Positions 29,058-39,851 of a stretch of 64,000 nucleotides of DNA are shown piece after piece; the stretch's first letter is position 1, and each line of letters starts with the position of its first letter. The translations under genes and the position numbers were made by a program. This DNA is from Candidatus Eiseniibacteriota bacterium. Lineage in GTDB: Bacteria > Eisenbacteria > RBG-16-71-46 > CAIMUX01. Location: contig JAWKQE010000004.1 of NCBI GenBank assembly GCA_041390305.1, positions 194,649-258,648 on the forward strand, in the 5' to 3' direction. A model generated the notes under the pieces. That model was not told the origin of the DNA. It saw only the letters and a program-made list of their open reading frames with translations, and ran no database searches.

Positions 29058-29381
29058 GCCGAACCTCCGGGCTGGGTTGTGTCGCTGGGAGTCGCCGGGG
29101 CACGGCCCGGCTTCCGGAGGAATGCGGTTGGGGCGCGAAACCGAACGCTGCTTCGTGAAGAGTCGAGGATCGGGTAGGCCCACGCCGAAGACTTGGCGAC
29201 TTGGATCTTCCAACCCCGAAGCGTGCTTGCCACCCGGGCGCCCCGCCACGTGCGCACGGAATCGGTCCTTCTCCGCAGACTTCGGTATCAGAGCTGCACT
29301 CTCTGGTCACAACAGGACGTCTCACAACGCTCGCGGGGGAGACCTGCCGGGTCGCGAGCAACCCGAACAGGAGGACCGCTC

Positions 29382-32046
29382 ATGCCCCAAGTTATCTGTG
29401 GCGCCGCACGAAGGATCTGCCCCCCTCTAGCGGCCCTATTCGCATTGCTCAGCGCAGGGACGGCGCAGGCCGAGGTCGCACTGGTCTCGGAGACTCGGTT
29501 CCTCCCGGGAGACGACACTCCCGGAACTCCGGTCGAAGAACAGGACTGGGCCCGGATCTCCGCCGGCGATACGGGCTATCTCACCGTCTGGCAGGATGTC
29601 CGTTCCGTCCTCTCCGGCTGGGTCAACACCGCCTACAACCCGCTCACCGGGAACGAGACCGACATCTACGCAGCGCGCATGGACACCGAGGGCAACGTCA
29701 TCGATACCTGTCCGATCGTGATCGCGAACGAAGGACGGAATCAGGAGAGCCCGAAAGCGGCCTGGAACGGCGACTCCTGGCTCGTCGTCTACAAGAGCGA
29801 CCGTCCCGATTGGTACTTCTTCACCGACATCCTCGCCCGTCGCGTCTCCGCGGACGGCGAGGTGCTCGACACGGAGCCGATCGAGATCCGGCTCGAGAAC
29901 AACGATCCCGCGAACGACTACGGCGACTACCCGTCGGTCGTGAGCGACGGCACGAACTGGATCGTGGTCTGGCAGGACATCACGTGGCAGCAGAACGGCG
30001 TGGGCTGGCCGAACATCTCGGGCGTCCGCATCGCCCCTGACGGCACGATCCTCGACCCGACGCCCAAGATCCTCTATCAGCATCCGACTTACAGCTTCGG
30101 CCCGAACACGCCGGACATCGCATGGAACGGCGAGATCTTCCTGCTCGTGTGGGAACGGCTCGGCGCGTCCGGCAAGCGGCTCGACGCGAACCTCGATCCA
30201 ATCGACGCGTCGCCGTTCTCGATCGGTGGAGGCAGCTACTTCCTCCGCGTCGAGAGCAACGGGGAGGACTTCCTCCTCGGATCGCGCGATCACCGGAAGG
30301 TCTGGCGGATCCAGGCGGACGGAACCGTGCTCGACCCGGGCGGCATCCTGATCCCGGCGCCGGGTGGCTACCAGTACCGCGGCCCTGACATCGCCTGGGA
30401 CGGCACGGACTGGGTCATCGTGATTTCGGGCAATCCCGGTTCGGGCGGTGGCCCGGACATCTGGCAGGCACGTCTCCATACCGACGGCACCTTCGGCACG
30501 GTCGGCACCATCGCGTCCCATCCGGAGGACCAGTACAAGCCCGCGGTCGCGTCGATCGGCAACGGCACGAGTCAGGTCGTCTGGTCCTCGCGCCAGGTGG
30601 GGGCAGGCGTCCTCGAGAACATCGAAGGCGCGACCTTGGCCGCGAACGGAACGGCCGGCCCGGAAGTCACCGTGAGCCTCGGGCTCGGCAGACAGTCGCA
30701 GGTACGATTCCAGACGGACGGCGTCCATCACATCGCGGTCTACCAGAGTGAGGGCGACGGCGAGGCGCGGATCCTCGCGCAGCGGCTCGATGCGCTCGGT
30801 CAGGCGATGGAAGCGGAACCGGTGATCGTCGGGACCGTCCCAGAGAGCCGCTTCCCCTCCCCGGAAGTGGCGTGGAACGGGACACACTATCTCGTCACCT
30901 GGACGCTCGGCGGCGCCGTCTATGGGCGCCGGCTCACCGCGGACCTCGCGCTCGTCGACCCCGCGCCGGTGATGCTCTTCTCCGACACCGCGGGCGAAAC
31001 CGGAGTCGCTGCGCTCGGAGGCGACTTCTTCATCGCGTACCCACACACCTACAGTGGAGATCAGCGGAACCTCAAGGGTGCCCGGATCGACGGAACGGAT
31101 CTCTCGCTCATCGGAAGCCTGATGAACATCGGAAGCGGCTTCGCGCTGAACCCCGTCGCCCGGACGATCGGTGACCGCGTCCTCGTGGTGTGGGAACGCC
31201 AGGTGAACCACGACAACAACCAGTCGAGCGTCCAGTCGGTCTGGATCGAGTGACGGAAGCCTCAGAGCGACCGCCGTCATCAGCGTCTCCGGCGACTCCG
31301 ACTACCCGGACGTGGCCGTGGCCGATGACCGGATGCTCGTGACGTGGCACGACGAACTCAGCACGACGAACAAGAACGTCGAAGGACGGATCCTGTCGCT
31401 CGACGGAACACCACTCACCGGAGAGATCCTCATCTGCGACGCCCCGAAGGAACAGATGTACCCCGCCTGTGGGTTCAGCGGGTCGTTCTTCACCGTCGCC
31501 TGGTCGGACATGCGGGAACTCGGACAGGTCGATCAGCTGCGCGGGGATATCTACACTTCACGCGTCTCCTTGGACGGCACGGTGCTCGACCCGGGCGGCA
31601 TCCAGGTCACGAGTGGGCCTCTCCCGGAGGACCTGCCCGCTGTCGGTGGATGCGATGACGTCTGCATCATCGCATTCAGCCAGCTGCACGGCGCCTGCGG
31701 GAACCCCGAGGTCCAGCGGATCGGATACGTGACCGTGCAGGAGCTGAGCGTGGCGGATGTGGGCGACGCATCGCCCGCGCCCCGGGCGCTAGTCGCAGGT
31801 CCAAGTCCCTTCCGCGAGCATGTGCGCATCTCCTGGTCCGGCATCCCGACGGAGTCGCTCGAACTCGAAGTCTTTTCCGCCACGGGACGCAGGATCTGGA
31901 CGGCCGACCTCGACGCCTCCCTGGGGCACGTCACGTGGGACGGCACGTCCTCGAACGCACTGCGCGTTCCGAACGGCACGTACTTCATCCGTCTACGTTC
32001 GGGAGACGAGGAGATCGCCACGACCCGTGTGGTGAAAGTGGAGTAG
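29382..32046 (+). CDS. Secreted protein of ~10 unassigned ~60-aa repeats with C-terminal sorting domain; one frame change near 31246-31254
   Basis: ATG 29382 after AGGAGG gives the signal MPQVICGAARRICPPLAALFALLSAGTAQA. Repeat pattern: P.iAWNG..fLvVW....R(v/i)..DGt.LDp. Track ORFs 29193..31253 and 31312..32046 join as ...VQSVWIE|DGSLRATAVISVSGDSDYPDVAVADDRMLVTWHDE. Tail: NGTYFIRLRSGDEEIATTRVVKVE. Confidence 0.75.
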
Positions 32047-32068
32047 TCGACGAACTCGATTCCCGTCT

Positions 32069-32089
32069 GGAGCCGAAGAGTTCGGTTCC
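32069..32089 (+). terminator. Short hairpin after the repeat-protein gene (weak terminator candidate)
   Basis: ggagccgaa / gag / ttcggttcc forms a 9-bp stem including one G-U pair, 23 nt after stop 32046. There is no U-tract. Confidence 0.3.
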
Positions 32090-32106
32090 GCCCGTGGTCG
32101 ACGAGT

Positions 32107-32195
32107 CGACGCGGGCGGCACCGACACAGACGGCACCGACGCGGACGGAATCGACACGGACGGATCGACGCGGACGGAATCGACACCGGATCCGG
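32107..32195. repeat. Intergenic minisatellite: about 6 tandem units of 14-15 bp, consensus CGAC(G/A)C(G/A)GACGG(A/C)A(T/C)
   Basis: Units start at 32107, 32122, 32137, 32152, 32166 and 32181. They include a perfect 21-bp direct repeat, cgacgcggacggaatcgacac, at 32137-32157 and 32166-32186. Confidence 0.8.
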
Positions 32196-32349
32196 TGAAG
32201 GGGCGCCTGGACTCTATCGCAGAGTCCGGGCGTTCGCCCTTCGCGCGAACGAGACCATCGATTCGGCCGACGTCTCTGCATTGACAGGACGACCCCGATG
32301 CCGACACCATCGGCCGGGGCCGATCCACCCTTCTCCCAGGACAGACACC

Positions 32350-33354
32350 GTGACGGTTCGGATTCGGAAGTTCAGACCGAGTGACGCACTGAGGCCGTTC
32401 GTCCGCTTCTACTACACCGTGGAGAGTGCGGACACCTCCCCCTTCCCGATCCAGAATCACCCACAGGGCGGCGTGGATCTGGTCCTCGCGTTCCATGGCG
32501 ACACACTCTTTCGTTCCGACGCCCACATCCTCCCGCCATCCTCCGGGGAAGGACCAGCGCTCGCGGCCGGCTCTTTGGGCGGTGAGCTGTCAGGCCTTCG
32601 GGTGCGGGAGTCGGCGACGCACGCCAGCGCATATCCAGGCCCTGCCGAAGGCGGAATGTCACGACTCTCCGGGTTGTTCATCCTCCCGCTGCAGGAGCAT
32701 CCGTTCCAGACGACCTTCCTCTCGGCGGTGGACCACGTCGCCGTCTCCCTCCATCCGGAAGGCGCACATCGACTGCTCCGCGTCGACATCGGAGCGAGTA
32801 TCAACTCCGGGCGGGCCCTCGACCGTTCGGATGACGGCGAACTCCACGAACTCTTCCTCCGGCTGAGGGCTCTCGCTCGCCCGTCGGCCCCGTGCGCCGA
32901 AGAACGTCCCGAGACAGTCACTCGACTGGACCGCTTCTTCTGTCGACGACTCGAAACTTGGGACGCACACTCGCCCAGATTCCACTACGCGACGAAGGAG
33001 ATCCGGCGGTCCCGAGGACGAATCGCCATTCCGGACCTCGCCGATACGGTGGCAGCGAGTCCGCGGTCACTGCAGAGGTGGTCGCGTACCGCTTTCGGAC
33101 TCACACCAAAGCGGTATGCGATGATCGTGAGGTTCCACAGCACCGTCCGCCTCCTCCGGCGCTGCCCGCCCGAGCGTTGGCTCGACGCCGCACTCGGCCT
33201 CGGCTACTACGACCAGTCGCACTTCATCGCCGAGTTCAAACGGTTCTCCGGCCAGAGCCCCGCACAGTTCTTCGCGACGGAGCAGCGAGTCTCAGAGTTC
33301 TACTCGGGACGACGGGTAGACCTCGAGCTGACCAGACCGGCCATTCGGCGGTGA
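32350..33354 (+). CDS. AraC/XylS-family transcriptional regulator
   Basis: The C-terminal HTH pair reads IPDLADTVAASPRSLQRWSRTAFGLTPKRY...DAALGLGYYDQSHFIAEFKRFSGQSPAQF. The start is uncertain. GTG 32350 (VTVRIRKFRPSDALRPFVRFYY) is favoured over the track start at 32281. Confidence 0.7.
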   Translation: MTVRIRKFRPSDALRPFVRFYYTVESADTSPFPIQNHPQGGVDLVLAFHGDTLFRSDAHILPPSSGEGPALAAGSLGGELSGLRVRESATHASAYPGPAEGGMSRLSGLFILPLQEHPFQTTFLSAVDHVAVSLHPEGAHRLLRVDIGASINSGRALDRSDDGELHELFLRLRALARPSAPCAEERPETVTRLDRFFCRRLETWDAHSPRFHYATKEIRRSRGRIAIPDLADTVAASPRSLQRWSRTAFGLTPKRYAMIVRFHSTVRLLRRCPPERWLDAALGLGYYDQSHFIAEFKRFSGQSPAQFFATEQRVSEFYSGRRVDLELTRPAIRR

Positions 33355-33402
33355 GAGTAAGGCCAGGCGTCTGGTGCCGACCCCGCCGTCTGTTGCCGAC
33401 CT

Positions 33403-33438
33403 CGCCTCCGACTCAGAACCCGCCTCCGACTCAGAACC
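33403..33438. repeat. Perfect 18-bp tandem duplication upstream of the glycosidase-like gene
   Basis: cgcctccgactcagaacc at 33403-33420 and 33421-33438, with a partial third copy. Downstream there is a 12-bp direct repeat gcgagcggatcg (33512, 33531) and a 9-bp inverted repeat cacggatcc/ggatccgtg (33496-33504 / 33523-33531). Confidence 0.85.
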
Positions 33439-33586
33439 CGCCACTGACGCATTTCTCCTATTCCTCCCACCGGGATCCGCACCATCGTCCCTCGGCACGG
33501 ATCCAATCCGCGCGAGCGGATCGGATCCGTGCGAGCGGATCGAGATCACACAACGAAACTACCGATCGCGGGGCCAGAGGACGACC

Positions 33587-35602
33587 ATGCAAGCACACAC
33601 CCGACAGACTCGCCACGCCTGGGGCGCGATCACGGCTCCCCGGGCTACCCGCCTCCTCCTCATGCTCTTCGTCGCTTTCGGCATCGCGCACACGCCTCCC
33701 GCGCTCGCGTCCGATCCACCCATCGGGATGAACCTCACGCAGGTGACCGATGCCCTGGTCGACGTATTCAAGACATCGCGAGCATTCTGGGAGACGGATC
33801 GAAGCCAATGGATCTGGGACACAGGCCTACCGGTGCCGGTGGACGAAGACGGCTACCCGACGTCGCTCCGTCCCGGCTACGCGGCCCGAACGCTCTTCAT
33901 GGAAGCACTCGAAGGCAACTACCCGACCGGAACCTACACGCTGCTCTACGACGGCACGGGACATCTCATCCCCGACATCGACGCCCACAGCCCCGTCTAC
34001 TTCGACAACGGGGGCGTCGACAACCGGATCGAGTTCCAGGTCACGAACCCGACGAACGTAGGCATCGTAGTCGACATCACTGAAACCGATCCCAACGACC
34101 ACGTCCGTAACATCCGCGTCCTCCGTCCCGACGAAGACGGAACCGACTACGTGAACACGTACGCACAACAGCCGTTCCGCCCGCTCTTCCTCGAGCGGAT
34201 CCGGAACTACGGCGCCCTCCGCTTCATGGACTGGATGGGAACGAACTTCTCCCCCGTCGTCTCCTGGGACGACCGAACCCAGCTCTCGAACAAGACGTGG
34301 TCGAGCAACTTCGGAGAGGGCGCCGGAATGCCCTACGAGGTGCTCGTCTCACTCTGCAACACGGCGGGCATCTCCCCATGGTTCTGCATGCCCCACATGG
34401 CGGACGACGCCTACGTCACGCAGTTCGCGACCATGATCCGTGACCAGCTCGACCCGTCACTCGACGTCTACGTGGAGTACTCGAACGAAGTCTGGAACGG
34501 ACTCTTCGTCGACAACGCCTGGTGGCAGGGACAGAGCGGGCAGAACTCCTACGCGTACGAACAGGGCGCGCTCCGAGGTTGGGCCTGCGGTACCTGCGGA
34601 TTCTTCGAGCCGTACGGACGCTGGGTCGCGGAGCGGTCGGTGCAGATGTTTGGCATCTGGGCCTCCGTGTTCGGTTCCCAGGCGAAGCCGGATCGTCCGC
34701 GTCCTACCGATCCAGAACGGACCCGGCAACTCCACCCTACGTGCTCGACCACGTCGTGCACGGACAACCGGCCTTTCAGCAAGCCGACGTGGTCGCGGGC
34801 GCTCCCTACTTCGCGGGTAGTACGGCCCCAGGACTCCCGGCATCGATCAGTGGTCGGTCGACGACCTGCTCGACTCGTGGAGGCGACGCAGTTCGCGTTC
34901 GACAGCGGCCCCTACTGGGCCGAGCAGACGCTCACTCTCCTGAGCAATCCGCCCTACGCGTCGGCCGGGCTCGACTACGTCTGCTATGAGGCCAGGCAGC
35001 ACCTCTTCAGCGCAACTTCGGCAGCCCGAACGATCCCTCTCGCTCCTCTTCGTCGAGGGCGAACCGACACCCCCGGATGAGCGAGCTCTACACGCCGGTA
35101 CCACGACTGGTGGCGCGACGCAGGTGGAGCCCTCTGCGTCCTCTACACGCACACCGCCTATCCGTCGAACGGTTCGTTCGGGATGCTCGAATACATGGAG
35201 CAGGACACCCTGACGGCACCCAAGTGGCTCGCCACGCAGCAGTGGATTCGGGACAACGGCGGCGGCGATACCTCATCGCTCCCTCCGGCAGGAGACGGCG
35301 ACTCTGGTGATGGGAACCTGGGAGGCAGGCTCCACGTCGTCAATCCTTCCCGAGGCGGCGTCGCGTTCACGCTGGACGCCGGAGACCAGCTCCTCGAAGC
35401 GTCTCTCTTCGACATCAACGGACGGCGTGTGCGCCGATGGAACGGTGACGCACCCGCACGGCCCGACCTGGCCGCCGAAGGCGACTCCGGTGCGGGGAAC
35501 GGAACGTCCATCTCGTGGACCGGGCTGCCGGGCGGCGTGTACTTCCTACGCGTCCTCACGACACGCGGCACGCAGGAGGCGCGCACGGTGGTTCTCGACT
35601 GA
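33587..35602 (+). pseudogene. Secreted clan GH-A-like TIM-barrel glycosidase-like protein with C-terminal sorting domain; about 7 frame changes after ~34690
   Basis: ATG 33587 gives the signal ATRLLLMLFVAFGIAHTPPALA. It reads ...LRFMDWMGTNFS...VYVEYSNEVWN (NE acid/base-type motif). The sense then hops frames in this order: RIVRVLPIQNG, ATPPYVLDHVVHGQPAFQQADVVAGAPYFAG, IDQWSVDDLLDS, LVEATQFAFDSGPYWAEQ, NFGSPNDP, RMSELYT, YHDWWRDAGG...MLEYMEQDTLTAPKW (35183..35602). Tail: GGVYFLRVLTTRGTQEARTVVLD. The family call is tentative. Confidence 0.65.
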
Positions 35603-35707
35603 CCTGACCGCCGACGACCCCGCGGGACGGAATGCCGCACGATGGTGTCGCCGATCCGATGCACACGGGGAACGGCTGGTACGGCATCCGGAACGAAGGA
35701 TTGCGGA

Positions 35708-35745
35708 ATCGGCTCCCTCGGATCGCGTGATCCGAAGGAGCCGAT
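35708..35745 (+). terminator. 17-bp-stem hairpin (one mismatch) downstream of the glycosidase-like gene
   Basis: atcggctccctcggatc / gcgt / gatccgaaggagccgat, 106 nt after stop 35602. Confidence 0.45.
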
Positions 35746-35785
35746 CCTTCGATGACTCAGCAGATCACCCTATGGTGGATCCGCA

Positions 35786-35814
35786 GTCGCTGCCGTCCCG
35801 CGGACGGCGGCGAC
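35786..35814 (-). terminator. 13-bp-stem hairpin immediately after the stop of the giant minus-strand gene
   Basis: gtcgctgccgtcc / cgc / ggacggcggcgac (one G-U pair), 2 nt from the TAG at 35817-35819. Confidence 0.5.
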
Positions 35815-35816
35815 GC

Positions 35817-38800
35817 CTAGCGGTCCAGGACGATCTTCGCGCTCCACGCCTTGGAGCCGACGTGGACCCGGTAGAGGAAGACGCCAGTCTGGAGACGGTC
35901 GCCCTGCGCGGTGCGGCCGTCCCATTCCACTCCGTGTTCACCCGCACCGAGGACTCCCCGGTAGAGGGTACGGACGAGACGACCCGAGATGTCGAACACC
36001 TCGACCCGCACCGGGCTCGTCTCGGCGAGCTGGAAGCGTGGATCGTGGTCGCGTCCCCGAGCAGGTTCGGGTCGCACCGAGCATGTGGACGTCTCAGTCG
36101 GCAGGACCCGCAGATCGGGCGGCGACGTCGTCTCGATACGCCCACCGTCCGCGACCTGCAGGGCGTCGTCCGCGGCCGTCGTCAGTTCCGGTTCTCGACG
36201 TCACGCAAGCGCGACGCGCGAGCACCGGAACGGACGAGCGATCCAGCATCCGGAACGTCAACACTGGCGTAGTGACCGGATCCGTCGGAACGCGGTCCCG
36301 TTGCCGATCGTCGCCGCGTCCACTGAAACGGCACCGTCCGATTCGATGGTATCGAAGACCGCACTGGACTGGCTCTCGACGAGTCGGCCCGGCGTCACCG
36401 AAACCAACTCCAGCCCCGCACTCCGGATCGTAGCCCACCTCGGCATGGACGCCCTGGACTACATCGGCCTGGCGAGAGGACGAGGACCGGAGCCCATAGC
36501 GTACCGTCAGCGCTGACTGCATCCGGATGGAGGACAGTGACGGCACCTCGCGCCCTTGGGCGCGAGGTCCTGACCTCAACGGATCCGTGAGGCTGACGTT
36601 CATGAAGTCGATCGCCAAGGTGATCAGATCATGAACTGAATCTGATTGTCCGTCGTCGGGAACCCGTCGACCCGGAGAAGTCGTCGGTCGGCCCGACGTC
36701 GAGATAACCGAGCGGGTCGTTCTGCCCCCAGCAGCGCTCCGTAGTTGTCCCCGAGGTGGCTGATGTCCGCGACGTTGACCTGGTTGTCACCCAACCCGTT
36801 CGTGAACCCGTTGGTGACGTCGCCCGGGTGATAGTTACGAGGCTACCGTCCGTCATGTTGGAGACGGCCGACCAGTTGAGGCACTCGTCCTGCGTGAAGA
36901 CGACGTAGTACCAGAACCCGCGTTCGGTCGTCTCGTCGTACTGCCCGCTCGCCGTCACCCCGGTGAGCTCCCACGGCCCACTCGGAGGGTAGCTCGGCAT
37001 GGACGGAGGACCACCGGCCACGTCGTCGTACTCCGGATAGGCGTTGTCGCCGACAGAGTCGAGATACGGGGCGCGGTAGACCTCGGTCACGAAGGCATCG
37101 CCCGGCGCCGCGAAGGTCACCAGGACCTTCGTCGTCCCGTCCGTGTCGTTGCCCGTCTTGAGCTGGGTCGTGGAGAGGTCGGCGATCGGCGACGGACCCG
37201 AGGTGTCCACCGTCAGGTCGAGGGCCGCGCCAGGGCCACCGGGGACCGGGCCGTTGCTGCAGTCCCGGAGGATCACGTCGACCACTTCGATCGTCGCAGT
37301 GCCGGGCGCTACGCCCTCTACGTACATGGTGAAGAGGGTGCCCGTCGACGCGTCCTGTCCGCAGGTCGATCCCAGGATCGCGCAGTCGATGGTGTAGAGA
37401 CCGCCACCGTTGTCGAGGACCTGGAACGCCGTGCCCGAGACCGAGTTGAGATACGTGCCCTCGGTGACTTCGGCGCCGCAGAGGTCCAGGTTCGTGAGCT
37501 GGACGTCGACGCTGAATCCACGCACGTCCGCGTTGTCGGACCGCGTGATATCGATGTCGACGGAAACGCAGGGCTCGGTCGCGTTCGAGCACGCGAGCGG
37601 GTCCACCGGCGCGATCTCGGTCGTGACCGCCGGAACGAACGCGCATGGAACCGACGACGTACCGTCCACGAGCCACGGCGAGAACGCAACGTTGCCGCCG
37701 ACGACCGCGTCCCCGCTCCCCGTTCCGTCGCCGCTCGGGCCGGACACGTCTCCCCACCAGTTGAACGTGGCGAGTTGGTTCGCGCCTCCGGCCGTGTTGT
37801 CGTAGCCCGCGGTGACGTTGCTCGTGATCGAACAGCTCGTCACGTTGCAGACGGCCGCGGCGCCGATCGTGTAGATCCCGTAGTCGAAATCGGTGATCGT
37901 CGCATTCTGCATCGTGACCGTGAGCGGCCCGCCGCCCGAGTTGACGACGACGCCCGCGGTCCCAGGAACGTCCATGCCGCTGATACAGGTTCCGAGCACG
38001 CTGACGGCATGCGCCGCCGCGGTCGGTCGGCTCTCACCACCCGAGGACTCCTCGAAGGGTGACCGCGCAACGAAGTGCGGATCACCGGCAAGCGACGCGG
38101 AGCTGTTGTAGATGTAGAGGGACGACTCCTCGTTCCCGCCGACTTCCACGTTGTCGATCGTTCCGCTCGCGTCGTACCAGCTGATCGGCGCCTGAACGTC
38201 CGACGTGATCATCCCACCGGTCAGAGTGAGGTTCGACCCACACTGGTAGGCCAGAATGCCGCTCGCAACGTAGTCGGCAGGCGTGCTTCGGCGCATCGCG
38301 GAGATGTCACAATCCGTGATCATCCGCCCGCACCGAAGCTGACCCGGATTCCGTTCTGCAGGCCGTGACCGCGAAGTCGCCGGCTCCGACGACCGTGCAG
38401 TCGTGCACGTCGACGACCATGCCGTCTCCGGAGAGCGCGAACGCGTTCTTCTGGAAGTCGGTGATCGTGCAGTTGCCGACCTCGAGCGCGTAGGAACCCG
38501 GGGTGTCGTTGTAGGAGTAGACGGCGACACCGTGCTGCACGCCGCTGAGCGGGTTGTCCCGGATCGAGACGACGTCGCAGCCGAGGAGCTTTCCTCCGCC
38601 GTTCCAGAAGCTCACGCCGACGAAGCTGTTGTTTCCGTTCCCGAGCCCGAGCCCGTCGACCGTGAGGTCGAGGATCCTGGCATCGTCAGTGCCATTCACT
38701 CCGACGATCGGCTTCCGCGTCCCGATCTGCACGAGCGGATCAGACGGGCACTGGATCGTCGTCGTGCCGGCGCCGGCGCCCTGGAGGATCACGTTGGTCG

Positions 38801-39851
38801 TGATCTCGACCTGCTCCGGGTAGTCCCCCGGACCCACGTTGATCGTCGTTCCGTTCGGCGATGCCGCCACGAACGGCTGGATCTCGTGCCCGATCGTCCC
38901 GGTCGCCGCGTTCACCCAGACCGAGCGGTCGAAGATGTTCGCGGCCACGATGGTCGAGAGGTCGGAGCCGGTCGCCTGCGCGTAGATGTGACCGACGAGG
39001 TCGGCCAGTCCGGCACTGGAGAAGTCGTTCCCGGAGATGGTCGTGGACGCCCCGCGACACCGGAGGGCGGTGGCGAACCGGGTCGTCGTGCCGGTGAACG
39101 TGTTGCCGGTCACCACGGAACCCAGCCCGTCCACGGTGACGAGCGTGTTTCCCTGCTCCTGACTCGAAGTGTTCACGCCGCCCGCGGTCCCTGAAATCAG
39201 GTTGCTCGTGAACTGGACGTTGGTCGTGTTCGTGCAACCGCTACCACAACCGATCGTCACGAGCTGGCGCGGCACGTTGGGGAGCGTGAACTGCTCCGTG
39301 AATCCGTATCCCGCGGGCGGATCGAAGAACGTCGAGCCCGAGAACTCGTTGCCGTCGATGATGAACCCGTCGATGACCGCTCCGTACTCGGTCTGGAGTC
39401 CCGCATCACCGTTGGCGACGATCTCGTTGTCCCGGACGATCGCCCCCGAGTGACCACCCTGGAAGTAGACCGCTGCGTTCTCGACTCCCGGAGCGCCGTT
39501 GTCGATCCCGATGATCGTGAACCCCTGCCCCGTGTCACCGATCATCACGCCGGTGGTGTTGCTCGTGACGACGATCGTCCCGAGTGCACCGGCCATGCTG
39601 ATCCCCTGAATGGTCGTGACGTCGCGCCCCCCGGTGGAGACGAGGTCGAGGTTCTTGTTGATGTTCACGTTCTCGCCGTACGTTCCGGGAGCGACCTCGA
39701 TCGTGTCTCCCGGGTTCGCGGCCGTCACAGCCGCCTGAATGGTCGTATGGTCTGCCCCGCCCGCACCGTTCACGGTGATGGTCGCGGCCCACGACGACGT
39801 GCCGAGGCACGCCACGGAGAACAAAGACAAGAGGACCCGATTGCGTTGCAT
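35817..39851 (-). pseudogene. ~1340-aa secreted beta-helix protein with cohesin-like and dockerin-like modules and C-terminal sorting domain; at least 8 frame changes
   Basis: ATG 39851 after GAGGAGG gives the signal MQRNRVLLSLFSVACLGTSSWA, followed by a beta-helix head ITVNGAGGADHTTIQAAVTAANPGDTIEV. Track ORFs 38307..40340 and 36629..38530 join via DFAVTA|QNGIRVSFGAGG|MITDCDISAMRRS (shifts near 38355-38365 and 38321-38328). The cohesin-like block is CVSVDIDITRSDNADVRGFSVDVQLTNLDL...GTLFTMYVEGVAPGTATIEV. After SNMTDGSL the sense hops frames in this order: NYHPGDVTNGFTNGLGDNQVNVADISHLGDNYGALLG (shift in C5 run 36725-36729), NDPLGYLDVGPTDDFS, VDGFPTTDNQIQF, DLITLAIDFMNV, a second cohesin-like stretch, then 35817..36077. 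Tail: VEVFDISGRLV...WDGRTAQGDRLQTGVFLYRVHVGSKAWSAKIVLDR. Confidence 0.75.

Noticed and set aside
26653-32046. Diversity-generating retroelement or other targeted hypervariation acting on the repeat and CTD proteins
   Set aside because: No reverse transcriptase ORF, no template/variable repeat pair and no adenine-specific substitution pattern could be found anywhere in the window.
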